DNA of 64,000 nt from Candidatus Bipolaricaulia bacterium (GTDB lineage: Bacteria; Bipolaricaulota; Bipolaricaulia; RBG-16-55-9), in NCBI GenBank assembly GCA_042219045.1, contig JBDGQO010000049.1, forward strand, positions 24,080 to 88,079, read 5' to 3'. A program made the translations under genes and the position numbers. Shown piece by piece: positions 1-10,653 of the stretch (its first letter is position 1; each line of letters begins with the position of its first letter). Under the pieces are notes generated by a model. It saw only the letters and a program-made list of their open reading frames with translations, was not told the origin of the DNA and searched no databases.

Positions 1-2
1 CC

Positions 3-1469
3 GAGCGGAGCCAGGCGTTGTTTCGCCGGCTTTCCGTGTTCCGTGGCGGCTTCACGCGCAAGGCCGCGGAGGAGGTGGCCGGGGCGTCGCTGATGCAACT
101 CGCCGCGCTGCTGGACCAGTCGCTGTTGGAGCGGCGCGCGGACGGCCGGTACGTGTGCCACGAGCTCTTGCGCCAGTTCGGCGAGGCCAAGTTGGCGGCA
201 TGCGAGGAGACCGACGAGGTGCGCCGTCGGCATCTGGCGTTCTTCCTCGCGTTGGCCGAGCGCGCCGAAACGGAGCTGGCCGGAGCGAACCAGGGCGAAT
301 GGCTGCGCTGTCTTACGGATGAACTGGACAATCTGCGCGCGGCGTTGGCGTGGGCCCTCGAGACCGACCGAGCCGAGGAGGCGCTGCGCCTGGTGACCGC
401 GCTGGGGCGATTTTGGGGGCTGCGCGCCTACCTGAGCGAAGGGCGCCAGTGGCTGGATCGGGCGCTGCAGCAACTACAGCAAGCCGAGCCGGCCACGCAG
501 GCGAAAGCGCTCCACCAAGCGGGCGAACTGGCCTGGCGCCAGGGCGACTACGCGACGGCCGAGACCTATCAGCAACGGAGCCTGGCCCGCTACCGCGAAC
601 TGGGCGACGACGTCGGGGCATCGCAGTCGCTGGTCGGGCTCGGTCGCACGGCGCAGGAGCTGGGACACCTCGATCGGGCCCGTGAGCTGTTCGAGGAGGG
701 CCTCAGCATCGAGCGCGAACGCGGCGACCAATGGGGCATGGCTCGGGCGCTCGGCAACCTGGGCGAGGTGACCCTGGAACAAGGCGACCCGGAGGCAGCC
801 CGTGATTCCCTTGGGCAGAGCCTGGAGATGTTGCGTGAGGCGGGCGATCGGTCGGGCGAGTGCAACGTCCTGAACAAGCTCGGCTACGTGGCGAGCGTCC
901 AGGGGGATGTCGACGGGGCCCGTTCCTATCTCAACGAAAGCCTCGCCATTGCGCGCCAGGTGGACGACCAGCGGGGCATTGCGATGGCGCTCGGCAACCT
1001 GGGCAACCTGGCCTTGGAGCAAGCGGAATGGGACCGAGCCCGGGCGTCGCTCAGCGAGATTGCGGAAATCTTCCGCGAGATGAACGATCGTCGCAACCTT
1101 TACGTGGCGCTCAACAAGCTCGGCCAAGTCGAGCTGGCGCGCGACGACGTGGCCGAGGCGAGGAGGCATTTCGACGAAGCCCTGGCGATCTGTCGTCGAA
1201 TCGACGATCAGCTCGGCATTGCCGAGGTCCTCTGCGGCCTGGCGGAGACGGTTCGCCGAGACGGGCATGATCGGAACGCAGCCCGGCTCCAGGGGGCGAT
1301 CATGGCGCTGCTCGAGCAGGTCGGGGCCTCGCTGCAAGCGCACGAACGACGGCTCTTCGAGGGCACCCAGTCGTCGCTGATGTCGGAACTCGGCGGAGCT
1401 GCTTATCAGGACGAGGCGGGCCAGGGACGGGCAGAGGGCTTTGCCTCGCTCGTGGACGCTGGAGCTTGA
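3..1469 (+). CDS. C-terminal part of a TPR-rich STAND/AfsR-like predicted ATPase regulator (5' end outside window)
   Basis: Frame open from the window edge; FRRLSVFRGGF...HELLRQF winged-helix segment followed by many ALGNLG-type TPR repeats. Confidence 0.8.
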   Translation, partial: ERSQALFRRLSVFRGGFTRKAAEEVAGASLMQLAALLDQSLLERRADGRYVCHELLRQFGEAKLAACEETDEVRRRHLAFFLALAERAETELAGANQGEWLRCLTDELDNLRAALAWALETDRAEEALRLVTALGRFWGLRAYLSEGRQWLDRALQQLQQAEPATQAKALHQAGELAWRQGDYATAETYQQRSLARYRELGDDVGASQSLVGLGRTAQELGHLDRARELFEEGLSIERERGDQWGMARALGNLGEVTLEQGDPEAARDSLGQSLEMLREAGDRSGECNVLNKLGYVASVQGDVDGARSYLNESLAIARQVDDQRGIAMALGNLGNLALEQAEWDRARASLSEIAEIFREMNDRRNLYVALNKLGQVELARDDVAEARRHFDEALAICRRIDDQLGIAEVLCGLAETVRRDGHDRNAARLQGAIMALLEQVGASLQAHERRLFEGTQSSLMSELGGAAYQDEAGQGRAEGFASLVDAGA

Positions 1470-1544
1470 GCGTTGTTGCCGCTGCACGCGCCCCCTGGCT
1501 ACACTTGACCCATCTCCACATGAAACCGCCCGAGGAGGCCTGAC

Positions 1545-2441
1545 ATGCCTGACCGCTTGATCGTACTCAACAAGGACGAGGACACCGTCTCATTTGTCGA
1601 CGTCGACAGCGGGGCGACGATCCAGAAGATCGACGTCGGCCATCATCCCCACGAAGTGGAAACCGTCCCTGAAGAGAACCTCTGCTACGTCTCCAACGCG
1701 CTGGAGGGCGACGTCTCGGTCATCGATACGGAGGCGATGGAGGAGACCGAGCGAATCGAGCATCCCGAGTTCGTCTTCCCGCACGACATCAAGGTCTCGC
1801 CCGATCGGTCCAAGCTCTATCTGGCGTCGACGCACGCCCACAAGGTCTTCATCTTCGAGCGCCCGTCGCACGATGTTGTCAAGGTGCTCAAGACGGGCCA
1901 ACGCCTCTCGCACATGTTGGACCCCATGCCGGATTGGAGTCGCGTCTACGTGCCGAATATCGGCTCGAACACGCTGTCGGTGTTGAATCCGTCGACTGAC
2001 GAAATCGAGATGCACGTCTCCGTCGGCAAGGGACCGGAAGGCGTCTCCGTCCATCCCGGTGGCGAGTTTTTATACGTCGCCAACCAAGACGAGAACAACC
2101 TTTACGTGCTCAGCACCGAGCACCACGGCGTCCTCGCCAAGCATCCCATCGGGACGACCCCCGTGCGGATGGTCTTCTCGCCCGACGGGACGTACGCGTT
2201 CGTGCCCAACCGCGAGTCGCACGACGTCTCCGTCATCGACACGTCTCGTCATTGGGAGATCAAGCGGCTGCCTGTGGGGCGTTGGCCGGGCGGCGTCGTG
2301 TTCAGCCCGACTGGCGAACGGGCCTACGTCGCCAACAACAAGACGAACGACGTCTCCGTCATCGACGTGGGCACGCTGAAGGAGATCGAGCGGTTCGACG
2401 TCGGCATCCATCCCGATGGAATCGGCTATCTGTTCCATTGA
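1545..2441 (+). CDS. YVTN/YncE-family beta-propeller repeat protein
   Basis: Repeated YVAN..SNDVSVID / VG..P.GV blades; GAGGAGG SD upstream; no obvious signal peptide. Confidence 0.85.
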   Translation: MPDRLIVLNKDEDTVSFVDVDSGATIQKIDVGHHPHEVETVPEENLCYVSNALEGDVSVIDTEAMEETERIEHPEFVFPHDIKVSPDRSKLYLASTHAHKVFIFERPSHDVVKVLKTGQRLSHMLDPMPDWSRVYVPNIGSNTLSVLNPSTDEIEMHVSVGKGPEGVSVHPGGEFLYVANQDENNLYVLSTEHHGVLAKHPIGTTPVRMVFSPDGTYAFVPNRESHDVSVIDTSRHWEIKRLPVGRWPGGVVFSPTGERAYVANNKTNDVSVIDVGTLKEIERFDVGIHPDGIGYLFH

Positions 2442-2444
2442 TGC

Positions 2445-3188
2445 CTATCCCCTGAGCAGCACCTGGAACGCGATCATCGCCAACGTCGCGATCGTCACCG
2501 TCACGGCGACGGTGTTGCGAGAGGCGTCTCCAATCGCTTCCGGGATCAGTTCGGAGAAGACCATCCAGAGCATCGCGCCGGCCGCGAAGCCCAGCCCCAC
2601 GGGCAGCACGGGCCGGAACGTCTCGACCAACAGGAAGGCGGGAACGGCCATGAGCGGCTGCGGCAGGCTGGAGAAGACGCTCCATCCGGCGGCCTTCCAG
2701 GTGGCGACGCCGCGCGGGATCAACACCAGGCTGATCGCCAATCCTTCGGGGATATTGTGCACGGCAATCGCGATGGTGACGAACAGCCCCAGCGCCTCGC
2801 CGCCCCCGAACGAGACCCCGACGCCGACGCCCTCGGTAAACGAGTGCACGGTCATGACGCCGACGATGAGCAGCGCCTTGCGCGCATCTACGCCCCGCAG
2901 CGCCCCCAAGGTCAACTCCTCGTCAGCGTCGAGGCGGCTTTTGGTCCAGACGATAAAGCCCAAGCCGATGAGCGCGCCGAGCATCACGCGGCTGAGCCCG
3001 ACGTCGAGGCCCTCCTGGAGCAGGCCGAAGCTGGCGCCGAGCATGAGGCCGGAGGCAAGGGCATTGGCGATGCCGAGTAAGCGGCGGGTGAGCCCGCGCG
3101 TGAGGGCAAAGGGGAGCGCACCCAGGCCCGTCGCGATCGCCGTCAGCGACGCGAACCAGAGCACGTCCCACGCCGATACCTGGGCCAT
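2445..3188 (-). CDS. ZIP-family (ZupT/GufA) divalent metal transporter
   Basis: HSFTEG and HNIPEGLAI motifs, multi-TM. Confidence 0.9.
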   Translation of the reverse strand: MAQVSAWDVLWFASLTAIATGLGALPFALTRGLTRRLLGIANALASGLMLGASFGLLQEGLDVGLSRVMLGALIGLGFIVWTKSRLDADEELTLGALRGVDARKALLIVGVMTVHSFTEGVGVGVSFGGGEALGLFVTIAIAVHNIPEGLAISLVLIPRGVATWKAAGWSVFSSLPQPLMAVPAFLLVETFRPVLPVGLGFAAGAMLWMVFSELIPEAIGDASRNTVAVTVTIATLAMIAFQVLLRG

Positions 3189-3322
3189 GGGGCGAGTGTA
3201 GCGACGAGCGTCCGAGGCAACGATGACAGCCGTCGTGAGCCTGAGTCCGACGGGGGCTCATCCCATGTTTGATCGCCGCCGTTGTGCGATTGCTTCGGCC
3301 TCTGGCACAATGATTTTATCCT

Positions 3323-4372
3323 ATGAGCCATTCCAGCATGCACGCCGTTGTCAAAGCGGAGTCGAGCGCCGGCCTCACGATGCGCGAGGTTCCCGTTCCG
3401 GAGATCGGCCCCCAGGACGTGCTCGTCAGCGTCAAGGCGTGCTCGATCTGCGGAACCGATCTCCACATCCACCGCTGGGATCCGTGGGCCCAGGATCGCC
3501 TGGATCCCCCGTTGGTCGTCGGCCACGAGGCCTGCGGCGAGATTGCGGACGTCGGCCGCGACGTGACGTCCGTCAAGGAAGGCGATCTCGTCTCGCTGGA
3601 GAGCCACGTCGTCTGCGGCACTTGTGACATGTGCCTGACGGGCCGTGGGCACCTCTGTCGGAACACGAGCATCCTGGGCGTCGATCGCGATGGCGTGTTC
3701 GCCGACTACGTGGCCGTGCCCGCGCTCAACGCCTGGCCCGATCCGCCGGGGATGCCCTTCGAAATCGCCTCGCTTCAGGAAAACTTCGGCAACGCCGTCC
3801 ACACGGCGTTCACGGTCGATCTGCGAGCCCGAAAGGTTCTCGTGACGGGCTGCGGCCCCGTGGGCATCATGGCCATCGCCGTGGCGAAGGCGATCGGCGC
3901 GCGCTCGGTCTACGCGACCGACGTGAGCGACTATCGCCTCCAACTGGCCCGGGACATGGGCGCCGACGGCACGTTCAACGACGGCGAGGTCAACACCGTC
4001 GATGCGGTCATGGAGGCGACCGAGGGCGAGGGCGTCGACGTGCTGTTGGAGATGTCCGGCGCGCCGGGGGCCGTTCGCGAGGGATTCGAGCTGATCAAGC
4101 CCGGCGGCGAGGCGGCGCTTTTGGGCCTGCCCGGCGAGGCCATGTCCTTCGACTTCGACAATCTCCTGATCTTCAAGGGCATCAAGGCCCATGGCGTCAT
4201 CGGTCGCAAGCTTTGGGAGACGTGGTTCCAGGCGCGAGGCCTGCTGCGCTCCGGCGCCGTCAACCTCCAACCGATCGTGACGCACCGGTTCCCGCTTGCC
4301 GACTATGAGGACGCGTTCGCGCTGATGGAATCCGGCGACTGCGGGAAGGTCGTGCTGCTGCCGGCGGAGTGA
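3323..4372 (+). CDS. tdh: L-threonine 3-dehydrogenase
   Basis: ICGTDLHI, GHE, structural Zn Cys cluster, ENFGNAVHT, GRKLWETW, GKVVL. Confidence 0.9.
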   Translation: MSHSSMHAVVKAESSAGLTMREVPVPEIGPQDVLVSVKACSICGTDLHIHRWDPWAQDRLDPPLVVGHEACGEIADVGRDVTSVKEGDLVSLESHVVCGTCDMCLTGRGHLCRNTSILGVDRDGVFADYVAVPALNAWPDPPGMPFEIASLQENFGNAVHTAFTVDLRARKVLVTGCGPVGIMAIAVAKAIGARSVYATDVSDYRLQLARDMGADGTFNDGEVNTVDAVMEATEGEGVDVLLEMSGAPGAVREGFELIKPGGEAALLGLPGEAMSFDFDNLLIFKGIKAHGVIGRKLWETWFQARGLLRSGAVNLQPIVTHRFPLADYEDAFALMESGDCGKVVLLPAE

Positions 4373-4402
4373 TCCAGTCCGCTAAGCGGGCTCAAGCCTG
4401 GG

Positions 4403-5068
4403 TTACGTCTGGGACGTCGTCTGGGAGTCGAGGACCGTGATGCCGTGGTCTTTGAGATCCTGGACGATGCCGCGCCAGTCGAAGTGGTCGATGCGCAGCA
4501 CGATGACGTCGTGCTCGTCGCTGCTGCGGCATTCCTCGCAACTGATGATGCTGACGACGTTGGCGTCATGGCCCCTCAGGATCTCCAGCGCCTCCGACAG
4601 CGAGCCGGGTCGGTCCTCCAGCTCGAGCGTGAGCCGCGTGCCGTCCTGGTCGATGCCGAGCGCCTCGATGAGCACGTCGAAGATGTCGGACTCGGTGATC
4701 ACGCCGACGAGCTGATCCTCGTCCTCAACGACGGGCAGCCCGCCGATGCGGTGCTTGCGCATCAGCATCGCGGCCTTCTCGATGGTGTCATCGGGCGAGA
4801 CGGCCACGATGTCCTCCACAGGCGTCATCACCTCGCCGATGGTGATGCGGGCGAGCAGGTAATTGAGCTCCCAGATGCTGAGCGAGGTCGCGCCGGAGGG
4901 CCCGGCTTCCTGGATGTCACCCTGCGAGGCGAGACCGACCAAGCGGCCGTCCTCGACGATGGGAAGACGGCGGATCATGTGCTGCTTCATCGTGTCGCGC
5001 GCTTCCATGATGGGCGTGTCCGGATGGGCAGTGACGGCGTCGTCGGTCATCCACATGCGAACAAACAA
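4403..5068 (-). CDS. CBS-pair plus ACT domain protein (AcuB-like)
   Basis: Two CBS domains with SLSIWELNYLL, then ACT EDRPGSL. Confidence 0.85.
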   Translation of the reverse strand: MFVRMWMTDDAVTAHPDTPIMEARDTMKQHMIRRLPIVEDGRLVGLASQGDIQEAGPSGATSLSIWELNYLLARITIGEVMTPVEDIVAVSPDDTIEKAAMLMRKHRIGGLPVVEDEDQLVGVITESDIFDVLIEALGIDQDGTRLTLELEDRPGSLSEALEILRGHDANVVSIISCEECRSSDEHDVIVLRIDHFDWRGIVQDLKDHGITVLDSQTTSQT

Positions 5069-5158
5069 GGCCGAGTGCCTCCTCTTTCAACTCGATAGCG
5101 ATATCATAGGAGAATAGGGAAACGCGCGTCCTGTGCCAATGATGTATGTCAGGACGCC

Positions 5159-6871
5159 TCAACCGGCCCCGGCACCGCCGCCTCCGGCGCCTCCGGCAGC
5201 CCCCGCTCCGGCGGACGCTGCGCCTCCTGCCGCTCCGGCAGCCGCGGCGCCGCCCGTGTCGCCAATGACGGCATAACAGGCCGCGAATGAAGCGTACGCG
5301 GGCGCAAAGCCCTTCTCCGCCTCGGCCGTGTGGTCCTGTAGCCACGGCGGCATCTCGAAGCGATCCTCCGCGTCGGCCTCCTTGAGGCCCTCCTTGATCT
5401 CGTCCATGTGCTTGCTCCAGACGCGCTTGTGCAGCGCCAGCCACGGCAGCTGGTCGATGAAGAACTGCGCCGCGCCGATGGGATCGTGGCGCTGCAGCGA
5501 TGCCAGTTTCTCCAAAAGATGATCCAGGTAGGCGTCCACGCGGGCGCGCTTCTTCGCGCCCTGCTCGGTCAAGGTGTAGTGCGTCACCCCAGCAAGGATC
5601 ATCCCGCTGAGAAACAGTCCGATGCCGAGCCCCAGCGCGATGAACCACCAGCCACCGCCCAGGACCGATACGACGATCCCGAGGATCAATGCAAGGGTTA
5701 CGGCGATCCAGACGCGGTTGGAACGGCGCCTATGATGGGCGAGATCGCCCTGTTCCACGAGCTGGAGGCGGGTGTCGCTGAGCAGTTGTCGTCGCGTTCG
5801 GTTCCCCTTACGGCCAAATTCCGTGAGGGATTCGTAGGCGTGCAGCTCGTCCAGGAGCTTGGCCTCCATGTCGCTCAGGTCGTCGCGGGTCTGGTGGAAC
5901 TCGACGTGCACAACTGGTCGTTCGCGCGCGAATCGCGATTTTTTCTGCTTGGTGCGCGTTAGGGTGATGTGGCCTCTTGACGCCAGATCGTAGAGCATGG
6001 CGGGAATCGCGCGCTGGGCTTCCGTCGAGGGGCCCTTGAGCAAGACGCCCGCTTGCGCAAGAGGGACGTCTGGCTCCTCGGCTGAATGGGTCTCATGCCG
6101 CGGACCGCGCCAGCGGCGCCACAACACAACGCTCGGCAGGATCGCGATTAGGAAAGCCAGGCCAACGGCACCGACAAGCGCCCAGTTGACCTCTTGGGGA
6201 GGACGGCCTTCGAGTCGCTTGGGGAATTTCACGATAATTTGATACCCCTCGCCCGAGTCGAGCTGGGCATGTTCGAAGTGGATCGCATAGCCCTCGGATG
6301 TCTCTCGGATTCGGCCTTCGTCTTGCGGCTGGAAATCCAAGTCCGCCTGGTCGAGGTCCAGTGAGTCGGGAATCCGGACGCTCATGGCAACGTTGCTCAC
6401 CGGAACCGTCGTCTCCTCCCCGACGGCCTGCCAGTTAATTCGATTGACGTCGCCATCTTCAATCAGCGCGCCGTGGACCGTGTAGCTGAGCGTGAACGTG
6501 GCCGGCTCAGAGCGCTCGGGAAACGTCCAACGAATGACGGTCCGATCGTCCTCCGTGCGGGTCGTCGTCTCGAGGATCCGAGCATCTGGGCTGGTGACTT
6601 GAACGTTGCGCAGCTCGTCGAACTGATCGGTCGGAATCCACCGGGTGCCATAGCTGAAGCTGCCCTGTTGGAAGTCGTAGGCGATCTCTTCGGTGACCAG
6701 ATACGTGCCGTCGGTCTGCAGCTTGAGGGTGACGTCGTAGCTTGAGATGGCGTAGGTCTGGGACTGCGCTCCCGTCGGGGGCGCCAGAGCGCTCAAGACA
6801 ATCGCCACCAGAAGGGAGACCATCAGCGTCCTGGCAAATGGGTGTGTTTTCACGATGCCCATGGCATCCAC
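5159..6871 (-). CDS. DUF2207-family membrane protein
   Basis: Signal peptide, DGT..VTEEI N-domain, DLASRGHI, TM helices, Gly/Ala-rich C-tail. Confidence 0.8.
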   Translation of the reverse strand: MDAMGIVKTHPFARTLMVSLLVAIVLSALAPPTGAQSQTYAISSYDVTLKLQTDGTYLVTEEIAYDFQQGSFSYGTRWIPTDQFDELRNVQVTSPDARILETTTRTEDDRTVIRWTFPERSEPATFTLSYTVHGALIEDGDVNRINWQAVGEETTVPVSNVAMSVRIPDSLDLDQADLDFQPQDEGRIRETSEGYAIHFEHAQLDSGEGYQIIVKFPKRLEGRPPQEVNWALVGAVGLAFLIAILPSVVLWRRWRGPRHETHSAEEPDVPLAQAGVLLKGPSTEAQRAIPAMLYDLASRGHITLTRTKQKKSRFARERPVVHVEFHQTRDDLSDMEAKLLDELHAYESLTEFGRKGNRTRRQLLSDTRLQLVEQGDLAHHRRRSNRVWIAVTLALILGIVVSVLGGGWWFIALGLGIGLFLSGMILAGVTHYTLTEQGAKKRARVDAYLDHLLEKLASLQRHDPIGAAQFFIDQLPWLALHKRVWSKHMDEIKEGLKEADAEDRFEMPPWLQDHTAEAEKGFAPAYASFAACYAVIGDTGGAAAAGAAGGAASAGAGAAGGAGGGGAGAG

Positions 6872-7015
6872 AGTTTAACAGATGCAGCCGAGCGCGGAAC
6901 ATGATCTCCACGCACGGTGCTGCGCTGACACGTCAGCCTCCGTCGCGCATAATGGGACCAGCCCAAGTCAAGGGGCCAATTGGGGACGTTATGGGAGAGG
7001 AGAGCTTGATTCAGT

Positions 7016-7285
7016 ATGGATCCACACGAGTTCGTCCGCATCTACGCGTCCGAAAATCGCACCGAGATCGACATGATCAAGCAGTTCCTGGAGTCCGAGG
7101 GCTTCACCGTCATGGCGCGCGGCGAGTATGAGCCCGAGTATCCGCTGTTCTATCCCAATCCCATCGAGCTGTGCGTCCCGCGCCGCGAGACCGACGAGGC
7201 GGTCATGCTCCTGCGCGAATTCCAGGACGCGCCCATCCAGGATGACCAAGACCCTTCCCTTGCCGACTTTCGCCCCACGGATTAG
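7016..7285 (+). CDS. DUF2007-like small acidic protein
   Basis: EIDMIKQFLESEGF...IELCVPRRE..EA pattern. Confidence 0.65.
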   Translation: MDPHEFVRIYASENRTEIDMIKQFLESEGFTVMARGEYEPEYPLFYPNPIELCVPRRETDEAVMLLREFQDAPIQDDQDPSLADFRPTD

Positions 7286-7296
7286 CCTGGAGCTGC

Positions 7297-7746
7297 ATGG
7301 CCAGTCTGATCGAGGAACTGATTGAACACCTGCGGGCGGCGGGGTATCGCAACACGCCGGCCCGTCGGGCGGTATTGGAAGCCCTCATCGACGGGCCCTC
7401 CCACATGACAGCTCCCGACGTCGTGGCGGCCGTGGACGAGACCTCGCCCAGTGTTGGCCGTGCATCGATCTATCGGACGCTGGACCTGCTCACCAAGCTC
7501 GGCCTCTTGCAGTCCTCAACGTTGGGAGGCACGGAGACGACCTACATGCTCGCCCCATCTGGACACCATCATCACGCGATCTGTCTGGAATGCCGCGAGA
7601 CGATCGAGATCGATGAATGCGTCATGGGCGAAATGGAAGGGCTGCTGCACGAACGGACCGGCTTCGAGGTCCGTGGACACTTGCTGGAAATTTACGGGCT
7701 CTGTCCCCGCTGCGCTGTCGCCAAGCCCGATTCCCGCGAGAGCTAA
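7297..7746 (+). CDS. Fur-family regulator, probably Zur
   Basis: R.T..RRAVL, ASIYRTL, HHHAICLEC, C-terminal CPRC; next to a Zn/Mn ABC transporter. Confidence 0.9.
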   Translation: MASLIEELIEHLRAAGYRNTPARRAVLEALIDGPSHMTAPDVVAAVDETSPSVGRASIYRTLDLLTKLGLLQSSTLGGTETTYMLAPSGHHHHAICLECRETIEIDECVMGEMEGLLHERTGFEVRGHLLEIYGLCPRCAVAKPDSRES

Positions 7747-7826
7747 CCACAAAACCAGTTCGCTGCGGAGCTTCCCAGTCAACCTGATCGAAGGGGGTTG
7801 ACGATGGGATGCCTGCCTGATACTGA

Positions 7827-7841
7827 TGATACGAAATATCA
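7827..7841. promoter_or_regulatory. Fur/Zur-type operator palindrome
   Basis: TGATACGAAATATCA resembles the Fur-family 7-1-7 box TGATAATnATTATCA; lies between the regulator and the SBP gene, downstream of TTGACG at 7798. Confidence 0.6.
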
Positions 7842-7882
7842 AGTGATATCGAAGCTCGACAATGAGGAGAGCGTGATGGTCC

Positions 7883-8824
7883 ATGCAGGCCCAATCGGCG
7901 TTCCAACCGAGGCAAGCGCGAATGGCGATGTTGCTCGGGGTGGTCCTCACGGTGGCCCTCACCTTGGGTGGTCCCGGGCTCAAACACGGCCAGGCCGAAG
8001 CCGAGAATGACCTGAACATCGTGGTGACGACGACGATCTTAGGCGACGTGGTGGCCAACGTGGCCGACGGTGCGTTTGATCCTCAAGTCCTATTGGAGCC
8101 CGGTCAGAACCCGCACGCGGTAGCGCTCAATCCGGACATGCTGCGAGCGATGGTGAACGCCGACGTGGTGTTGGCCCAAGGGCTCGGATTCGAAAGCTTC
8201 CTCACCGACGCGTTGGAGACCTCAGGCAAGGAGATCAACCTCGTTCGCGTCTCGGGCGGAGTTCCCCCGCGCCAGCTTGGTGACGATGTCGATCAGCACG
8301 CCTGGTTCGATCCGGCCAACGTGGCGATCTGGACGGACAACGTCCGCGAGGTGCTCGTCGAGCGGGACCCGGCGAACGCCGAGCAGTATGCGATCAACGC
8401 CATGCGCTATCAAGGCAAGCTGGCCGAGCTGGATGCCTTCATCGAGGAGCGGGTCGGTGAACTCGATCCCGAACAGCGCAAGATCGTGGCCGATCACAGG
8501 GCTTGGGGCTACTTTGCCGACCGCTACGGCTTCGAGTTCCTGGGAGCGGTTATTCCGAACTTGAGCGATGCCGCCGAGCCGTCGGCCCGTGACGTCGCGA
8601 GGGCCATCGAGGTGATCCGCGAGGAGAACGTCCCGGCGGTCTTCGTGGGCAACACGGCCCGTCCCGACGTCGCAGAGCAAGTGGCCGAGGAGACCGGGGC
8701 GGAGATCGTTCGGCTGTACACCGGCTCGCTCAGTGAGCCCGATGGCCCAGCCCCGACGTATCTGGCCCTCATGCGGTTCAACGCCAACGCCATCGTGGAC
8801 GCGCTCGCGGTTGACTCCGACTAG
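7883..8824 (+). CDS. Zn/Mn ABC transporter substrate-binding protein (ZnuA/TroA family)
   Basis: NPH, DQHAWFDP, HRAWGYFADRYG, EPS motifs. Confidence 0.9.
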   Translation: MQAQSAFQPRQARMAMLLGVVLTVALTLGGPGLKHGQAEAENDLNIVVTTTILGDVVANVADGAFDPQVLLEPGQNPHAVALNPDMLRAMVNADVVLAQGLGFESFLTDALETSGKEINLVRVSGGVPPRQLGDDVDQHAWFDPANVAIWTDNVREVLVERDPANAEQYAINAMRYQGKLAELDAFIEERVGELDPEQRKIVADHRAWGYFADRYGFEFLGAVIPNLSDAAEPSARDVARAIEVIREENVPAVFVGNTARPDVAEQVAEETGAEIVRLYTGSLSEPDGPAPTYLALMRFNANAIVDALAVDSD

Positions 8825-8847
8825 GCTGTCAAACCGACGCGATATGA

Positions 8848-8940
8848 TACTGATCACCGCGAAAGTCCAGTCAAGTCAGTTGCTGTCAGCGGGGCCAACG
8901 TTGTGACCGTAGGTTGACTCGACTTGTGCGATGGTCTGTA
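8848..8940 (-). mobile_element. MITE-like element copy 1 (93 bp including terminal TA)
   Basis: Reverse complement matches 13531-13623 with 5 mismatches; imperfect ~25-bp terminal inverted repeats; TA at both ends. Confidence 0.8.
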
Positions 8941-8942
8941 AC

Positions 8943-9731
8943 ATGGACGACGTGAACCGTAAGCATCGGCCCGTCCGGCACGATCCAGACGCGCCCGTCC
9001 TTGAATTTGAAAGCGTTTCGGCCCGTTACGGCGATCGGGTCGCCATCGATAACCTCTCGTTCCGCCTTGAGACGGGCGATCAAGTCGCCGTCGTCGGGCC
9101 AAACGGCGCAGGCAAGAGCACGCTGCTCAAGCTCGTTGCCGGAATCTCCCAACCAACGTCGGGACGGATTCAGATCTACGGCCATCGACCGTCGAAACAT
9201 GTCTGCGTCGCTTACGTCCCCCAACGCACCGACATCGACTGGCGATTCCCAGTGACGGTCTTCGACGTCGTCATAATGGGCCGAGTGGGCCAATTGGGAT
9301 TGTTCAAGTGGCCCCGACAGCCCGATCGCGAGCTCGTCCAACGGAGTTTAGCCACGGTCGGTGCCGACCAGTTGGCCGATCGCCAGATCGGGGAGCTCTC
9401 CGACGGCCAGCAACAGCGGGTCTTCATCGCGCGAGCCTTGGCCCAACAAGCCGAACTGATGCTTTTGGATGAACCGCTAACGGGGCTCGACGCCCACGCC
9501 CAAGAGGAAGTGTGGAGTATCCTGAACGTCTTGCGCGAGCAGAACGTCACGAGCCTCGTGACGATTCACAACCTCGACCTCGCCGCGGAACGCTTCGATC
9601 GCGTCATGCTGCTGAACCAAGCGCTCTTCGGCTTCGGCCCGCCCGAGGAGACCTTGTCGGACAGTCGAGTGGCGGCGGCGTACGGCGGTCGGGCGACGTT
9701 CCACGAATCCGCGGTGCCTCGCGATGATTGA
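8943..9731 (+). CDS. Zn/Mn ABC transporter ATPase (ZnuC-like)
   Basis: GPNGAGKST, YVPQ, LSDGQQQR, LLDEP; the alternative ATG at 8931 lies inside the MITE. Confidence 0.9.
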   Translation: MDDVNRKHRPVRHDPDAPVLEFESVSARYGDRVAIDNLSFRLETGDQVAVVGPNGAGKSTLLKLVAGISQPTSGRIQIYGHRPSKHVCVAYVPQRTDIDWRFPVTVFDVVIMGRVGQLGLFKWPRQPDRELVQRSLATVGADQLADRQIGELSDGQQQRVFIARALAQQAELMLLDEPLTGLDAHAQEEVWSILNVLREQNVTSLVTIHNLDLAAERFDRVMLLNQALFGFGPPEETLSDSRVAAAYGGRATFHESAVPRDD

Positions 9732-10581
9732 GACCCTGTTGGCGCCACTCCAGTTCGGCTTCATGGTCCGTGGCCTGTTGGCTGCCGTGGTCGTCGGCAT
9801 CGTCTGCTCGATCGTGGGCACCTACGTCGTGCTGCGCGGAATGGCGTTTTTCGGCAGCGCGTTGGCGCACTCCGTGCTGCCGGGACTGGCAGCCGGGTAT
9901 CTCGTCACGGGGGCCACGCGCGGGGTGCTTTTCTGGTGGGGCCTTGCCACGGCGATTCTCGTCTCACTGGGCATCGGTGCGGTCAGCCGAGCTGCCCGTC
10001 TCAAGGAAGATACCGCCATCGGCATTCTGTTTGCGGCGATGTTCGCGCTCGGCATCGCGCTGATCTCGTCCGCGCGGAGCTACGCCGTCGACCTAACCCA
10101 CTTTCTGTTCGGCAACGTCCTGGGCGTTTCAACGGCCGACCTGTGGCAGATCGGGCTGTTCGGTGCCATCGTGGTGCTTGTGATCCTTGCGCTTTACAAA
10201 GAGTTTCTCGTGCTCGCGTTCGACCCAATGCTCGCCCAGACGATGCGGCTGCCCACCAAGGCGCTCGACTACCTCTTGCTCGTGTTGATCGCGGTCACCA
10301 TCGTCGTCTCGCTGCAGACCGTCGGCGTGGCGCTGATGGTAGCCATGCTCGTCACTCCGGCCGCCACCGGGACGCTGCTCGCTAAGCGACTGCCAGGCGT
10401 CATGCTCACTGCCGCCATCGTGGGGGCTGTCTCCGGCGTGATCGGCTTGTATGTGTCGTACTTCGTCGGCATCGCGTCCGGCCCGGCCATCGTGTTGGTG
10501 TGCACGGCGATCTTCCTTCTGACGCTGATGCTGGCGCCGGGCCGCGGCAAGGTCTGGCAGTGGCTTCTGGCTCCTGAATGA
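9724..10581 (+). CDS. Zn/Mn ABC transporter permease (ZnuB-like)
   Basis: ABC-3 motifs ALAHSVLPG, EDTAIG, LFGNVL, FDP. Confidence 0.9.
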   Translation: MIETLLAPLQFGFMVRGLLAAVVVGIVCSIVGTYVVLRGMAFFGSALAHSVLPGLAAGYLVTGATRGVLFWWGLATAILVSLGIGAVSRAARLKEDTAIGILFAAMFALGIALISSARSYAVDLTHFLFGNVLGVSTADLWQIGLFGAIVVLVILALYKEFLVLAFDPMLAQTMRLPTKALDYLLLVLIAVTIVVSLQTVGVALMVAMLVTPAATGTLLAKRLPGVMLTAAIVGAVSGVIGLYVSYFVGIASGPAIVLVCTAIFLLTLMLAPGRGKVWQWLLAPE

Positions 10582-10653
10582 CTGTGCGTTGGAATAGCTC
10601 GGTCATTTGCAGAGTTGAAGCTCTCTTGAATCGCGTCTAAATTCTCCCTGGCA

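Noticed and set aside
9395..9415. LSDGQ in place of LSGGQ in the metal ABC ATPase
   Set aside because: A known tolerated variant at this position; other motifs are intact, so there is no evidence of inactivation
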